A DNA stretch of 60,123 nucleotides, counting the filler. It is 4 parts of 4 records of this genome, joined end to end, with 100 filler letters (N's around TTAATTAATTAA, not from the genome) between each part and the next. Parts side by side here need not be neighbours in the genome. Positions count along the whole stretch, not along the records: positions 1 to 12,934 come from DRR723986_9317; 3 more parts are not named here. The stretch is one strand, 5' to 3'. The translations under genes and the position numbers were made by a program. Below are positions 1-10,546 of the stretch, one piece after another; positions within the stretch are counted from its first letter, which is position 1, and every line of letters starts with the position of its first letter. Under the pieces are notes generated by a model. The model saw only the letters and a program-made list of their open reading frames with translations, was not told the DNA's origin and did no database searches.

Positions 1-33
1 AGCCTGATGTCATCAGCAGGCGCTGCAATCTGC
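1..33 (+). repeat. Copy A (5'-truncated by contig start) of dispersed structured repeat
   Basis: 1-30 is the exact reverse complement of 12905-12934; 18-33 (AGGCGCTGCAATCTGC) is identical to the reverse complement of 48633-48648. Confidence 0.85.
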
Positions 34-176
34 AAAATGTTAAGTCGCTCTGCATTGTGAAAAGTGCAAAAAACCGCAGATGGAAAATTGGCCCGCGAGT
101 TAGTTGCTTATGAGAGTGGATATCGATAACTTGTAAATCTGATGTGATTTTTCTCATTGTTTAATATTGAACTATT

Positions 177-578
177 ATGCCGAATATTACTCTGGCCCAA
201 GCCCAAAAGGCGATCGAAAAAGCCCAGGAAAAAGCTGTAGAAACCAAAACGAAAATGAATATTGCAGTCGTAGACGCAGGTGCAAACCTCCTTGCTTTTG
301 TACGTATGGACGGTGCCTGGCTTGGTTCGCTGGATATCTCAATCAAAAAGGCTAAAACTGCACGTTATTTTGATATGCCGACAGGTGCGATTGGTGGACT
401 TTCGCAGCCGGGTGGCGCGCTCTATAATATTGAGCACTCAAATGGCGGACTCATTACGTTTCCGGGTGGATTGCCAATTAAGAACGCCGCTGGTGCCGTG
501 ATCGGTGCAATTGGTGTCTCCGGTGATTCCGTTGAGAATGATCATATCGTTGCAGAAGCCGGAATGCAAGCTATCTAA
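177..578 (+). CDS. GlcG/HbpS family heme-binding protein
   Basis: 133 aa; [41 protein letters not shown] motifs typical of the family. Confidence 0.9.
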   Translation: MPNITLAQAQKAIEKAQEKAVETKTKMNIAVVDAGANLLAFVRMDGAWLGSLDISIKKAKTARYFDMPTGAIGGLSQPGGALYNIEHSNGGLITFPGGLPIKNAAGAVIGAIGVSGDSVENDHIVAEAGMQAI

Positions 579-606
579 TTTCAGCTGCCTCCTACAAAAA
601 TTACTT

Positions 607-640
607 TCGCCTGTTTTTCACATTTGTGAAAGGCGGGCGA
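607..640. terminator. Hairpin between convergent genes, probable intrinsic terminator
   Basis: TCGCCTG-TTT-TTCACA-TT-TGTGAA-AGG-CGGGCGA imperfect inverted repeat between the stops of 177..578 (+) and 692..1594 (-). Confidence 0.5.
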
Positions 641-691
641 TTCTGTTTTAAACAAATTGTTGTCACAATTTGCGTGTAGTAAAATTTAACA

Positions 692-1594
692 TCAGCTTTT
701 TGAGTAGACAAATTTGCGCTGCGCAATATTATCCGTGATGCCGGCCAGCAAAAAGTCTGTAAAACGCTCTGCGTAAATGTTGTTTGTGTTGGAGTTAACA
801 AAACTCATGACCGAAGTATTCGGCAGCGGCGGCAGATCAGTTTGCAGCAGCGCCATGTCATCGCGTATAGCTGAAAGCGGCAGCACACTGGCACCGAGCC
901 CCGCGCGAATTGCCGACTGAATCGCCTGAATGGAATTGGCGTCAATGCTGACTTTCCACGAGATATCTGCATCTGTTAAAGCGTCAAAGGCGATTTGGCG
1001 GTAGCTACAGGGCGGATGCAGCAGCACCAGTTCGATTGGATCAGAACTGTTAAGTGCATTGGCATTTGTCCCACTCCAAACGAGCGGTTCCTCCCACAGC
1101 AGGCGACCATTTTCGGCGTCGGGGCCTGCAAAGATCAGGTCGAGTTCACCGCGCTGCATGGCTTCGAACATAAATGGTCCGGTTCCGAGCACCAGGCTCA
1201 GGTCACAGTTGGGATGTGCGCGCCGGAAACGCGCCAGCAAATGATGCAAATGTTGCGGCGCAAGATATTCGGCAAATCCTACGCGCAGGAGCGTCGATTC
1301 GTCGGGCGAAGTCACGGCCAGCAGCGCCTCGTCACCCAATTCAACAATGCGGCGTGCATAACTGACGAATATCTCACCCGCCGCCGTAAGTGCTACAGAA
1401 CGACTTGTGCGATTGAGCAGGCGCGTATGTAAGCGTTCCTCCAGCCGCGCAATTTGCAGGCTGATGGCCGACTGTGAGCGGTTGAGGCGCTTGGCAGCCG
1501 CCGAAAATCCACCGAGTTCAACAACTACGAGCAGCGCGCGCAGGCTCAGCAGGTCGGTGTCAAGTTTGTAGTTTGATCTATTCGATTTGCTCAT
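692..1594 (-). CDS. LysR family transcriptional regulator
   Basis: N-terminal HTH (GFSAAAKRLNRSQSAISLQIARLEERL...RTSRSVALTAAG) plus substrate-binding domain; divergent from 1752..2831. Confidence 0.95.
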   Translation of the reverse strand: MSKSNRSNYKLDTDLLSLRALLVVVELGGFSAAAKRLNRSQSAISLQIARLEERLHTRLLNRTSRSVALTAAGEIFVSYARRIVELGDEALLAVTSPDESTLLRVGFAEYLAPQHLHHLLARFRRAHPNCDLSLVLGTGPFMFEAMQRGELDLIFAGPDAENGRLLWEEPLVWSGTNANALNSSDPIELVLLHPPCSYRQIAFDALTDADISWKVSIDANSIQAIQSAIRAGLGASVLPLSAIRDDMALLQTDLPPLPNTSVMSFVNSNTNNIYAERFTDFLLAGITDNIAQRKFVYSKS

Positions 1595-1751
1595 AGATGC
1601 TATTGATATTTGCGTTGATGCTCATTGATCGTGAATCACTATATTGCAAAGAACACATGAGAAATCCATGAATATTCTTTTGTGTGCACCCGTTTAGCCA
1701 GTCAAATGGCCGGGATTGGATTGCATCTAACCAGGCAAAGGAAATTGAGTA

Positions 1752-2831
1752 ATGCGCAGCACAAATCACCTGAAAATGTTAACATGCCTGGCGGCTGTTT
1801 TTATGCCGCTCCTGGGCTTAAATGCAGTTAACACAATGGCACTGGAGACAGCACTCCTTTGTGAACTCGATCAGCGTCCAGGCAATCCGGCAGTCGGGCC
1901 GGACGGCACCGTCTACTTCAGCATGCATCCCTTTGACAGCCCTGAGTTTAAGATTATGCGCCTGGAAGGCAATATGGCCAAACCCTATCCCAATCCCGAA
2001 ATCTCGCGCAGTTATACGGCAGTCATTGGCATCCAGGCCACGGCCGACGGCACGCTGTGGTGGCTCGATATGGGCAGTCCCGCAGTTTCGCCCAAGCTGG
2101 TCGGCTGGGACACAAAAGCCAACAAGCTTCGCAGTGTGCATGTGATTCCACGCGAAGTCTGCGTCGCCAATTCTTTCCACCAGGACTTTGCGATTGACGA
2201 GCGCCGTAACATGGCCTATATCGCCGATATGTCACGCGGCGGCATGATTGACGCAAGCGAACCTGCGATTGTAGTTATTGACTTAAACACTGGTGATTCG
2301 CGGCGCGTTTTGTCGGGCAACAAAGTTTTCCAGCCGGCAGACACGCCAATTGTTGCCGAGGGCAAAGGCATGCAGTTGCAGGACGAGAATGGCACGATGC
2401 ACGATATTAAACTAGGGCTGAATCCGATCGCAATTGATCCGCAATTTGAATGGGTTTATTTCTCAACGATGACGGCCGGTAAACTCATGCGCGTGTCAAC
2501 TGCGGTGCTGGGTGACTTTGACAAAAGTGACGCACAGATCGAAGACGCAATCGAAGTCTATGCCGACAAACCATCCAGCGACGGCATTGCGGCAGGCAAG
2601 GGCGGGCGTGTTTACATCACGAATGTTGATAAAAGCGCGATCAGCCTGGCCGACGCCAAGGGGACGCGTATCTGGATTCAGGACGCGCGTTTTGTGTGGC
2701 CCGACGGACTGTACGTAGCACCGGACGGCAGCGTGGTAGTGACGATTAATCAGTTAAACCGCGCCGCGCCGTTTAATGGCGGCAAACCCGGAGCTGAGAA
2801 GCCGTTTACAATCTTCAGGATTTCCGAGTAG
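1752..2831 (+). CDS. Major royal jelly / L-dopachrome tautomerase-related (SMP-30-like) beta-propeller protein, exported
   Basis: Signal-peptide-like N-terminus; PGNPAV, LWWLDMG, SFHQDFAIDE..AYIAD, SDGIA, FVWPDG motifs. Confidence 0.85.
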   Translation: MRSTNHLKMLTCLAAVFMPLLGLNAVNTMALETALLCELDQRPGNPAVGPDGTVYFSMHPFDSPEFKIMRLEGNMAKPYPNPEISRSYTAVIGIQATADGTLWWLDMGSPAVSPKLVGWDTKANKLRSVHVIPREVCVANSFHQDFAIDERRNMAYIADMSRGGMIDASEPAIVVIDLNTGDSRRVLSGNKVFQPADTPIVAEGKGMQLQDENGTMHDIKLGLNPIAIDPQFEWVYFSTMTAGKLMRVSTAVLGDFDKSDAQIEDAIEVYADKPSSDGIAAGKGGRVYITNVDKSAISLADAKGTRIWIQDARFVWPDGLYVAPDGSVVVTINQLNRAAPFNGGKPGAEKPFTIFRISE

Positions 2832-2876
2832 AATTATTTCCTTGCGAATCACCAAACATACACACACATAACAGGA

Positions 2877-3890
2877 GTGCCGAATATGAGAGCAATTGGA
2901 TACAAAATCGCCGGGCCAATTGGCGCGCAGGACGCCTTGATCGAAGTCGAACTTGCAACTCCACAACTGGGTGCGCATGACTTACTGGTTGAAGTTCGCG
3001 GGATTTCGGTAAATCCCGCCGATGTTAAAATTCGAGCAATGATGTCCCCGGAAACCGGCGTAAAAGTCATTGGTTATGATGCCGCCGGAGTTGTTAAACA
3101 AATCGGCAGCGCCGTCAGCCGCTATGCGCCTGGAGATGAAGTGTTCTACGCAGGTGATGTGACGCGGCCAGGCACAAATGCGCAGCTGCATGCAGTTGAC
3201 GAGCGCCTTGTCGGACGCAAGCCGGCCTCGCTGGATTTTGCGACGGCGGCGGGCATGCCGCTGACGTCGATTACCGCCTGGGAGCTTCTGTTTGAGTCAC
3301 TGCGTGTGCCCGAGGGCGGCGGCAGTGGCGCGACTTTGCTGATAATTGGTGCGGCCGGCGGTGTTGGTTCGATCATGATCCAGCTGGCAAAAAAGCTAAC
3401 GGGATTAACAGTTGTGGCGACGGCCTCGCGGCCGGAGACGGTGGACTGGGTTAAACAGATGGGCGCAGATCACGTGATTAATCATCGCGAGTCGCTGCCG
3501 GAGCAACTCCAGACTCTTGGTCTTAAACCTGCCTACGTCGCTTCACTGACGGCGACGGCGCAGCATTTTCCAGCGATAGTTGAATTAATCAAACCGCGCG
3601 GTCACATCGCAATAATTGACGACCCGGAGACGCTGGACATCGCAGCCTTAAAGATGAAAGCGCTGACTTTCAGCTGGGAATTTATGTTTACACGTTCGAT
3701 GTTTAAGACTGATGACATGGCGTATCAGGCTGAGTTGTTGAACCGCGTTTCTGCCATGCTTGACGCTGGGGACCTGGTTTCGACTGTACGGCGCAACATG
3801 GGCAGGCTGAGTGTCTCGACACTCACAGAGGCGCATATGTTTCAGGAGAGTGGCCGTGCGATTGGCAAGAATGTGCTTGAGGGGATGTGA
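2877..3890 (+). CDS. Zinc-binding alcohol dehydrogenase family (MDR, quinone oxidoreductase-like) protein
   Basis: [37 protein letters not shown] nucleotide-binding motif, WEFMFTRS; start may be the ATG at 2886. Confidence 0.9.
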   Translation: MPNMRAIGYKIAGPIGAQDALIEVELATPQLGAHDLLVEVRGISVNPADVKIRAMMSPETGVKVIGYDAAGVVKQIGSAVSRYAPGDEVFYAGDVTRPGTNAQLHAVDERLVGRKPASLDFATAAGMPLTSITAWELLFESLRVPEGGGSGATLLIIGAAGGVGSIMIQLAKKLTGLTVVATASRPETVDWVKQMGADHVINHRESLPEQLQTLGLKPAYVASLTATAQHFPAIVELIKPRGHIAIIDDPETLDIAALKMKALTFSWEFMFTRSMFKTDDMAYQAELLNRVSAMLDAGDLVSTVRRNMGRLSVSTLTEAHMFQESGRAIGKNVLEGM

Positions 3891-4012
3891 GGGTAGAGAG
3901 ATAGCTGCTTAACACGATTTGCACTGAACATTCTGACAGAATATTCTGTTGAAGTATTCACAAATTTTAGACTGGTGGCGGTCTGAATGACTTAAGTCTT
4001 GTGGCCCAGTGG

Positions 4013-4066
4013 CAAACAAAAAGCTCAAAAAGCAAGCCTGCTTTGTCAAAACAGGCGCTGCAATCT
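4013..4066 (+). repeat. Copy B of dispersed structured repeat
   Basis: CAAACAAAAAGCTCAAAAAGCAAGCC-tgctttgtcaaaac-AGGCGCTGCAATCT; 5' block 23/26 and 3' block 14/14 identical to copy E. Confidence 0.8.
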
Positions 4067-4188
4067 TCGCGGGCCATCTTCTCACCACCAATTTTGTCAA
4101 CTAACAGCTTCTGCGTAATTTCTGGGACTACTATTTTTTACCGACGTGTGCCGGACGTCCGTACTCTACAATCTAGCTGAGGTCGGTC

Positions 4189-5412
4189 ATGCGAATTCTT
4201 ACCTGTTTAACTGCTCTCTGTCTTGTGTGCAGCCTGTCTGCCTGTGATGATGATACTGCTGCTGATGATTCGCAGAGGCAGTTCAAAATCGGCGCAATGA
4301 TGGCGCTGTCCGGCTCCCTGTCTGATCTGGGCCTGAGTGGCAAGGCGGCGGTTGAGATGGCCCACGATGATATTCTTGCGCGCACGGACCTCGGTATCGT
4401 GATTGCACCCCTGACTATCGAAGATTCACAAACTGATGCTGCCGAGGCCCTGACGTTGATTCAACAAATGCATGCCGATGACATTAATATTGTGATTGGT
4501 CCGCAAAGTAGCTCCGAAGTTGCGGCGGTTAGGGAGTTCGCTGATGCAAATGACATGCTGGTTATCAGTCCTTCGAGTGTGGCGCGCAGTTTAAGTATTG
4601 AAGGTGATAACATCTATCGTTTAGCGCCGGACGACAGCTATCAGGCGGAAGCCATGACCGCCATGATTGTGGAAGACAATCTCGACGCATTAGTCATTCT
4701 TGCACGTGACGACGTCTGGGGTAATGACCTGGCGGGTTTGGTTAACAGCGACTATCTGGCTGCCGGTGGTTTTGTGGCGGCAGAAATTGACTACGATCCA
4801 GCAACGACTGATTTCACAGCACTCATCAGTGAACTGTCTACAGATGTCAGTGATGCGATTGAAAGTTTTGGCGCCGACAAAGTTGGGGTGTATTTGCTGT
4901 CCTTCAGTGAAGGTGAGACAATTTTGACTGAGGCCGCCAAGTCCGAAGTCCTCGGATCTGTTAAGTGGTACGGCTCTTCGGCAGTTGCCCAGAGTTTTAG
5001 TTTGATCAGCAACACAGCCGCCGCTGAATTCGCTCAGAAAACCGGCTATCCCTGTCCGGTTTTTGGTCTTGATGAAGATGCACGTGAGCGCTGGGAAGCA
5101 CTCAGAACACGACTAAAGGCAGAAATTAATCGCGATCCCGATATTTACGCATTGTTAGCTTACGACGCACTGCAAGTGATTGCCGCAACATTTAACGCCA
5201 CGGGCAATCAAAACTTTGCGGATTTTAAGGCTGCATTTGCCGGCACGGCGGCAGCTTATAATGGTGTGACTGGAAATGTTGAGTTAAATGCAGCGGGGGA
5301 CCGTGAGCCCGGCAGTCTGGATTTCTGGTCGATCAGAACGGTCGATGGTGAATCCAGCTGGGTGCGTTCTGCCGTGTATGACACCGAGACTAAAGTCTTA
5401 ACACGACAGTAA
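4189..5412 (+). CDS. Lipoprotein, branched-chain amino acid-type (Peripla_BP_6/LivJ-like) solute-binding protein
   Basis: Lipobox LSAC; KIGAMMALSG, VIGPQSS, ISPSS, IYRLAPDD, YDA, GVTGNVELNAAGDR motifs; no permease or ATPase adjacent. Confidence 0.85.
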   Translation: MRILTCLTALCLVCSLSACDDDTAADDSQRQFKIGAMMALSGSLSDLGLSGKAAVEMAHDDILARTDLGIVIAPLTIEDSQTDAAEALTLIQQMHADDINIVIGPQSSSEVAAVREFADANDMLVISPSSVARSLSIEGDNIYRLAPDDSYQAEAMTAMIVEDNLDALVILARDDVWGNDLAGLVNSDYLAAGGFVAAEIDYDPATTDFTALISELSTDVSDAIESFGADKVGVYLLSFSEGETILTEAAKSEVLGSVKWYGSSAVAQSFSLISNTAAAEFAQKTGYPCPVFGLDEDARERWEALRTRLKAEINRDPDIYALLAYDALQVIAATFNATGNQNFADFKAAFAGTAAAYNGVTGNVELNAAGDREPGSLDFWSIRTVDGESSWVRSAVYDTETKVLTRQ

Positions 5413-5425
5413 AAATCAAAACAGC

Positions 5426-5474
5426 GGCCGCCGTCCTGCTGAATGTCACTAAACATTCAACAGTTGCGGCGGCC
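5426..5474. terminator. Long imperfect hairpin between convergent genes
   Basis: GGCCGCCG..CTG.TGAATGT / ACATTCA.CAG...CGGCGGCC; a second hairpin (CAACAGC/GCTGTTG) follows. Confidence 0.45.
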
Positions 5475-5587
5475 ACTTGCTCGTTTGGGGGCCAACAGCC
5501 GGCAGTCGCTGTTGTAACGAGTTGTAGCTGCATGATGGACTGATTTGTTTGATTTTTTGCAGCTGGGGCAGTAATGTTAAACGCCCA

Positions 5588-8500
5588 TTATTTGTGAATC
5601 ACGAGTGGAAAAACACCCAGTGAGTTGCCCTGGTTGTTAACCTGCACCAGGTATGTGCCGCTTTGCAACTGCTCCTGTTGGACGTTGATATGCGCTGTGC
5701 CGCTTCCAAATGATTGAGTCAAATGTAACAACTCACGCCCCAGGAGATCAGTGATGTGAACATCCAGTGTCGCGGGCTGGGCAAGTTCACATTCAATGTT
5801 AAACACACCTGAATTTGGATTGGGGTAAATCCAGACACTACCTTGGCCTGACGTACGCACATTGGCGTCTGCGTCGGAACTACCGAAGTCATTAGCCAGG
5901 CCCGGTTTAAGGTACGAATCGGCCTGGCAGCTATAGATGCTGGTGCTAAGCTGACTGCCGTCACCAATTTGTCCCCAGGTATTGAAGCCAACGCCGCAAA
6001 CAGTACCTCCGGCCTTGTATACAAGTGAATGATGCCATGTTTCGGCTAGCTTGGTGACTCCGGAAAGTGTGCCAACCTGAATGGGAATAGTCCGCAACAT
6101 CAGCGTGCCGTCGCCCAACTGCCCGTATAGATTGTTGCCAAAGGCGAATACATTGCCGTCCACGTCCAGTGCGTAGCTGTGGCTCGAGCCGCCTGCAATA
6201 CCGACAATGTCTGTTAAGCCTTGTGCCGTGACAGGAATTGTGCTGGCCAGCTGTGTTCCGTTGCCCAGCTGGCCAAAGCTGTTAAGTCCCCAGGTGCGCA
6301 CCGTGCCGTCTGCCAGGAGTGCCATGCTGTGGTTTGCGCCGGCCGCAATTGCTATGGCGTTGTTAATGCCCAATACGGTGACAGGAGCGTTCCTTTGCTG
6401 TACCGAACCATCGCCCAGCTGTCCGTTGTTGTTGCGTCCCCAGGCCTGAATGGTCCCATCACTGCGCAGCGCCAGCGTGTGATACTGACCGGCAGCAACG
6501 GCAACCACATCGCTGATCGTAACGTTAACCGGTGTGTATTGAGTGGCCGTCCCCCCGTTTCCGAGGTTGCCAAACCCTCCATAACCCCAGGTGCGTACGT
6601 TGCCATCTTCCAGCACTGCCGCACAGTGATACATTCCAGCTGCAATGCCAATCGCATTCGAGATTCCTGCAACCGGAAATGGTGTATTTAGATGCACGGT
6701 GGCACCATTGCCGTGTTGACCAAAAACACCATTGCCCCAGGAGAATATTGTTCCATCGCTGCGCAGTGCCAGGCTGTTGAATGCGCCGGTAGCCACCGAG
6801 GTGATATCGACAAGACCGTTGGTCTGTACTGGTGTGACTGAGTTTGCCCAACTGCCGTTTCCAAGTTGACCGCTACTATTGTGGCCCCAGGCCCAGACCG
6901 TGCCGTCATCGACTTTAAGTGCCAGGCTGTGATTGACGCCACCCGAAATTGGTCGTTCACTGCTTGCGATTGCCAGAGCCATACCGCAGGTGAATGTTGA
7001 TTTATCCGCGAGCGTGCCGTCGCCAAGTTGACCATTGGTATTGCGACCCACAAAACAAATTCCGCCGTCCGCATTTACAAGGAGAGTATGGTCAGCACTT
7101 ACGCAGATATCGCGGGCTTGTGGTACGGCTACAAACTGTGGAGTTGAGAAAACTCCGGTCGTAACTCCATTGCCCAGGCGTCCATTGGCGGCGCTGCCCC
7201 AGCTAAGTACGCTGCCGTCAAGGAGTATGGCGTGACTGTGGGAGCGCCCGGCCGCAACCTTGCGTGCGTTGTTGATTCCAGTGGCAAATACAGGAACATT
7301 GCTGTTGCCTTGACCGCCATTTCCCAGCTGGCCACTGCCGTTGCTGCCCCAACTTATGACGCGCCCATCATCAAGAATCGCCAGCGCGTGCATGGCCCCG
7401 GCATCTATAGCGTCTGCCGTAAATCCGCCGGAAACGATCACAGGTGAAGTGCTCATAGCAAAAGTCCCGTTGCCCAGTTCGCCGCTATTATTGCGGCCCC
7501 AGGTGTAGATTATTCCATCCTCGTTCAAAGCCATGCTAAAGAATTCACCGGCGGCAATCGCAACAATGTTTTGCAGGCCGGGAACTGGGAAGGGAATTGC
7601 GCGATGTGTTTGTGAGCCGTCACCCAGTTCGCCGAAGGTGTTGCGCCCCCAGGCCAGGACGGTGCCATTGTTAAGTAGCGCCAGGCTGTGTTCACGCCCG
7701 CAGGCGATAGCATTGACGTTAACAAGGCCGTTTACAGGCTGTGGTGGATAAATATTGCCAAACAATCCAATTCCCAGCTGGCCAAATGGATTCGAGCCCC
7801 AGGATATTACGGTGCCGTTTTCCAGCAGAGCCAGATTGTGCCAATAGCCGGCGGCAACGCTTGCGACGTCGTTAAGCCCCAGGACTCTCCGAGGGAGAGC
7901 TTCATCTACGCCAGATCCGTCGCCCAGCTGCCCCTGGAAGTTATCACCCCAGGCCCATACCGTGCCATTGTTCGTCTGCAGCGCCAGGCTGTGATCCATT
8001 CCCGTAGCGATGACATTATTGAGCTGGGAGAAGTCAAAACTGCGGAATAGCAGGTTGTTGCCGGGCCTGTCGTCGCCAGGATTTATCACTTCCAGGAAAA
8101 CATTGTGATTGGCCTTGCGAAACGCAATCGCCTCTGCAAACCCGAGACGAAAAGTCTCGCCGGCTGCGATATAGGCAATCGTACGTGTTTCGTTATAGAC
8201 CTCAACCTCACGCACACGGTCAACAATACGCAGGTTAACATCTACATTATTTTGCTGCATTGTTCCATTATTGCGAATCAATGCCAATGGCGCGATTGGC
8301 GAGCCGATTTGACTTCCAGGTTCAGGCAGTAGAATCTCATAGGCTTCCAGTTCATTGCCGAAACCCACGTGGAAGACACTGCTGCTCTCATCGAATGTCG
8401 AAGAATTCGTGAAGTCGCTGATGCGCACGCGCCCATGTGTGGCCCGGATCGCCGGAATCGTCCAGGTAAAAGTGCCTGACGCCGCTGGAGTTCGACTAAT

Positions 8501-10546
8501 GATGTCATACCACGAGAGTCCGTCGTCAGGCGTCCATTCAATGCGCACATCTGCAATGCCGGTCGCGTTCCAGGTGATGTTAAGCAAATTACCGGCGGAG
8601 TAGGAGTTAAATACCGTGGGAGCCGTCAGTGTGACGGAGCCGGACACGGCGGGAACAACCTCAAACGTGCGTGAGACTGTATTGTTGATCGGATCCTGAT
8701 CGCCTGCCAAAACAATCCAGGATTTTGCCTGGTATGTACCCGGCGTTGCCAGTGAGACACTGTTAAACACCTTGCGTTCGACATCGTCTGGGTTTAGTGG
8801 TCCTACCGACTCGGTCAGAGAGTGCTGGAGAATGTTGTTCGCGTCATGGATTTCAAAGTGGACAGACATGATTGTTTGTGTATTCGTACCAATATTCTCG
8901 AACAAACTTTCCGGTGAAAAGGCTGCCGATGCTGCGATTTCGCCACCATTGCTCGGCAGAATGATCTGAGTTGTTTTAACATCATCGGCCAGCTCGCCGC
9001 GAAGCTCATAAAGGCATGTGGCACTTTCGATGCGCTCACGCATCAGAGTCAGCACATTGGGGTGGAACCTCAACTCCTTACTGCCACCTGGTGCTTGAGT
9101 ACAGTAACTCATGATAGTACCGACCTGAGGTATAATCGGACCAGAGAAGCAAGCGCCCGAAGCCTGGGAGCATCTGTCGATTTCAGGGTTCCAGGAGCAA
9201 TCGTGCGTGTGTGGCGTACCAATTACGTGCCCGGTTTCATGTGCCACATTATTAATATCCCAGGTGTAGGTGCCGCTGAACGGAAAGACAGTGTTGTTGT
9301 TGGACCCGGTCACACCGTAACTGCGATTATTGTCACAGAGCGCATCCAAAAAGGCCACACCGCCAATTCCCTGTAAAGTAGGTGTGCGCTTTCCTGAAAG
9401 GAGATATGCCATGGAGCGCTCAACGCCCGTCATGTTGTTTCTCCAGTGATTGGCGAAATTGTTGCGAATGATTAGGGCGTCCGTACCTGGGTAGGGATCC
9501 GTTGCCGTCCAGACTCGTAGAAACGGCAGTTCAATTCGGCAATGTAGCTCGCGCTCGTAAATATCCGAAACGGCTGCAAAGAGAGAAATTGCGTATTGAG
9601 CCGCCCGCGTCAAATCACTGCCGTGCCTCGTGTAGTATTCAAAGTCACAGTCCACGGCAATTTTGAGGAGCAGCATGCGTGAGTTCTGCAACTCGTCGGG
9701 ACTGGATTTGTGTTGTTTAACCGTTTTGGCCATGAGTTCTGCCACACGTGCCTGATAATCCTCGACTTGATCGGTTTTGCAAAAATGTTCGGCACTGATA
9801 TACTCAAGGTCTTCTGGATCATGTTTTAACATCCGCATCTGTGTCGTGACATTTTTACGGATGGCAAGCGGTGTAATGTCATATCGCTCTGTCGATCGTT
9901 TGTCTTTGGATTGCATGTTAATGTGTCCAACTGCAAAATCACGGAAAACCGAGACAAACACGCTTGATTCACTTTGCCCTTTGACATGGCCCCGAAAGTG
10001 AAGACCCGGGTCGATCGAGACTTCCTCGTCGCCATCAGGTTTTCCAGCGAGAAACCGAAAATCCTCTCCCAGTATCGAGATCGGAGTGAGAACCAGGTCA
10101 ACCTCCTGGTCGCCCGGCAGCGTAAGTCCCTGAGCTACAATGTTTTGCGATGTTCTGGCCGCCGAGTTGCCGCCCATCAGTAATTTGTCATAGGTTTCGG
10201 GATTGATGCTGAAAAGTGAACTTTTGGCGGACAGGGTGTTGCCGGTCGAAAAGAATTGATCTGAGATATTAAACAAACTGTTGATGCTTGTTTCTGTCTG
10301 GTCAGGTGCCGTCTCCTGGTCTACCTGCTGCACGTCCTTGGATGCAGTCTTGTCCATCACAGCTAAATCAGAATGCTGCAGACTGTTAAGTCTTGTGCCA
10401 TGTGCATGTTCCTCAGCATGCTCACAATGTGCATGCCCATGATGGTTGCAGTGTGCATGTGAACCGGACCAAAGAAGTTGTGTCGAATGATAAAAGACTA
10501 TTACCAAAACCAGACAAAAGTACTTGATGTTTCTGGGCCGTTGCAT
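5588..10546 (-). CDS. T9SS-secreted M12B/reprolysin-like zinc metalloprotease with Ig-like domains and two RCC1 (BLIP-II-like) propellers
   Basis: HETGHVIGTPH zinc motif and GTIMSYC Met-turn; ~14 RCC1 repeats (HSLAL..GTVWAWG.N..GQLG.G); C-terminal IYPNP...ITDLLGR...LQSGTYLVQV T9SS CTD; start moved from 10678 to ATG 10546 (GGAGGT RBS, signal peptide follows). Confidence 0.9.
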   Translation of the reverse strand: MQRPRNIKYFCLVLVIVFYHSTQLLWSGSHAHCNHHGHAHCEHAEEHAHGTRLNSLQHSDLAVMDKTASKDVQQVDQETAPDQTETSINSLFNISDQFFSTGNTLSAKSSLFSINPETYDKLLMGGNSAARTSQNIVAQGLTLPGDQEVDLVLTPISILGEDFRFLAGKPDGDEEVSIDPGLHFRGHVKGQSESSVFVSVFRDFAVGHINMQSKDKRSTERYDITPLAIRKNVTTQMRMLKHDPEDLEYISAEHFCKTDQVEDYQARVAELMAKTVKQHKSSPDELQNSRMLLLKIAVDCDFEYYTRHGSDLTRAAQYAISLFAAVSDIYERELHCRIELPFLRVWTATDPYPGTDALIIRNNFANHWRNNMTGVERSMAYLLSGKRTPTLQGIGGVAFLDALCDNNRSYGVTGSNNNTVFPFSGTYTWDINNVAHETGHVIGTPHTHDCSWNPEIDRCSQASGACFSGPIIPQVGTIMSYCTQAPGGSKELRFHPNVLTLMRERIESATCLYELRGELADDVKTTQIILPSNGGEIAASAAFSPESLFENIGTNTQTIMSVHFEIHDANNILQHSLTESVGPLNPDDVERKVFNSVSLATPGTYQAKSWIVLAGDQDPINNTVSRTFEVVPAVSGSVTLTAPTVFNSYSAGNLLNITWNATGIADVRIEWTPDDGLSWYDIISRTPAASGTFTWTIPAIRATHGRVRISDFTNSSTFDESSSVFHVGFGNELEAYEILLPEPGSQIGSPIAPLALIRNNGTMQQNNVDVNLRIVDRVREVEVYNETRTIAYIAAGETFRLGFAEAIAFRKANHNVFLEVINPGDDRPGNNLLFRSFDFSQLNNVIATGMDHSLALQTNNGTVWAWGDNFQGQLGDGSGVDEALPRRVLGLNDVASVAAGYWHNLALLENGTVISWGSNPFGQLGIGLFGNIYPPQPVNGLVNVNAIACGREHSLALLNNGTVLAWGRNTFGELGDGSQTHRAIPFPVPGLQNIVAIAAGEFFSMALNEDGIIYTWGRNNSGELGNGTFAMSTSPVIVSGGFTADAIDAGAMHALAILDDGRVISWGSNGSGQLGNGGQGNSNVPVFATGINNARKVAAGRSHSHAILLDGSVLSWGSAANGRLGNGVTTGVFSTPQFVAVPQARDICVSADHTLLVNADGGICFVGRNTNGQLGDGTLADKSTFTCGMALAIASSERPISGGVNHSLALKVDDGTVWAWGHNSSGQLGNGSWANSVTPVQTNGLVDITSVATGAFNSLALRSDGTIFSWGNGVFGQHGNGATVHLNTPFPVAGISNAIGIAAGMYHCAAVLEDGNVRTWGYGGFGNLGNGGTATQYTPVNVTISDVVAVAAGQYHTLALRSDGTIQAWGRNNNGQLGDGSVQQRNAPVTVLGINNAIAIAAGANHSMALLADGTVRTWGLNSFGQLGNGTQLASTIPVTAQGLTDIVGIAGGSSHSYALDVDGNVFAFGNNLYGQLGDGTLMLRTIPIQVGTLSGVTKLAETWHHSLVYKAGGTVCGVGFNTWGQIGDGSQLSTSIYSCQADSYLKPGLANDFGSSDADANVRTSGQGSVWIYPNPNSGVFNIECELAQPATLDVHITDLLGRELLHLTQSFGSGTAHINVQQEQLQSGTYLVQVNNQGNSLGVFPLVIHK

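Noticed and set aside
4013-4066. Dispersed element as a canonical integron attC site
   Set aside because: Left end resembles attC starts, but there is no complementary GTTRRRY box on the right and no intI in the window; only an analogy is retained.
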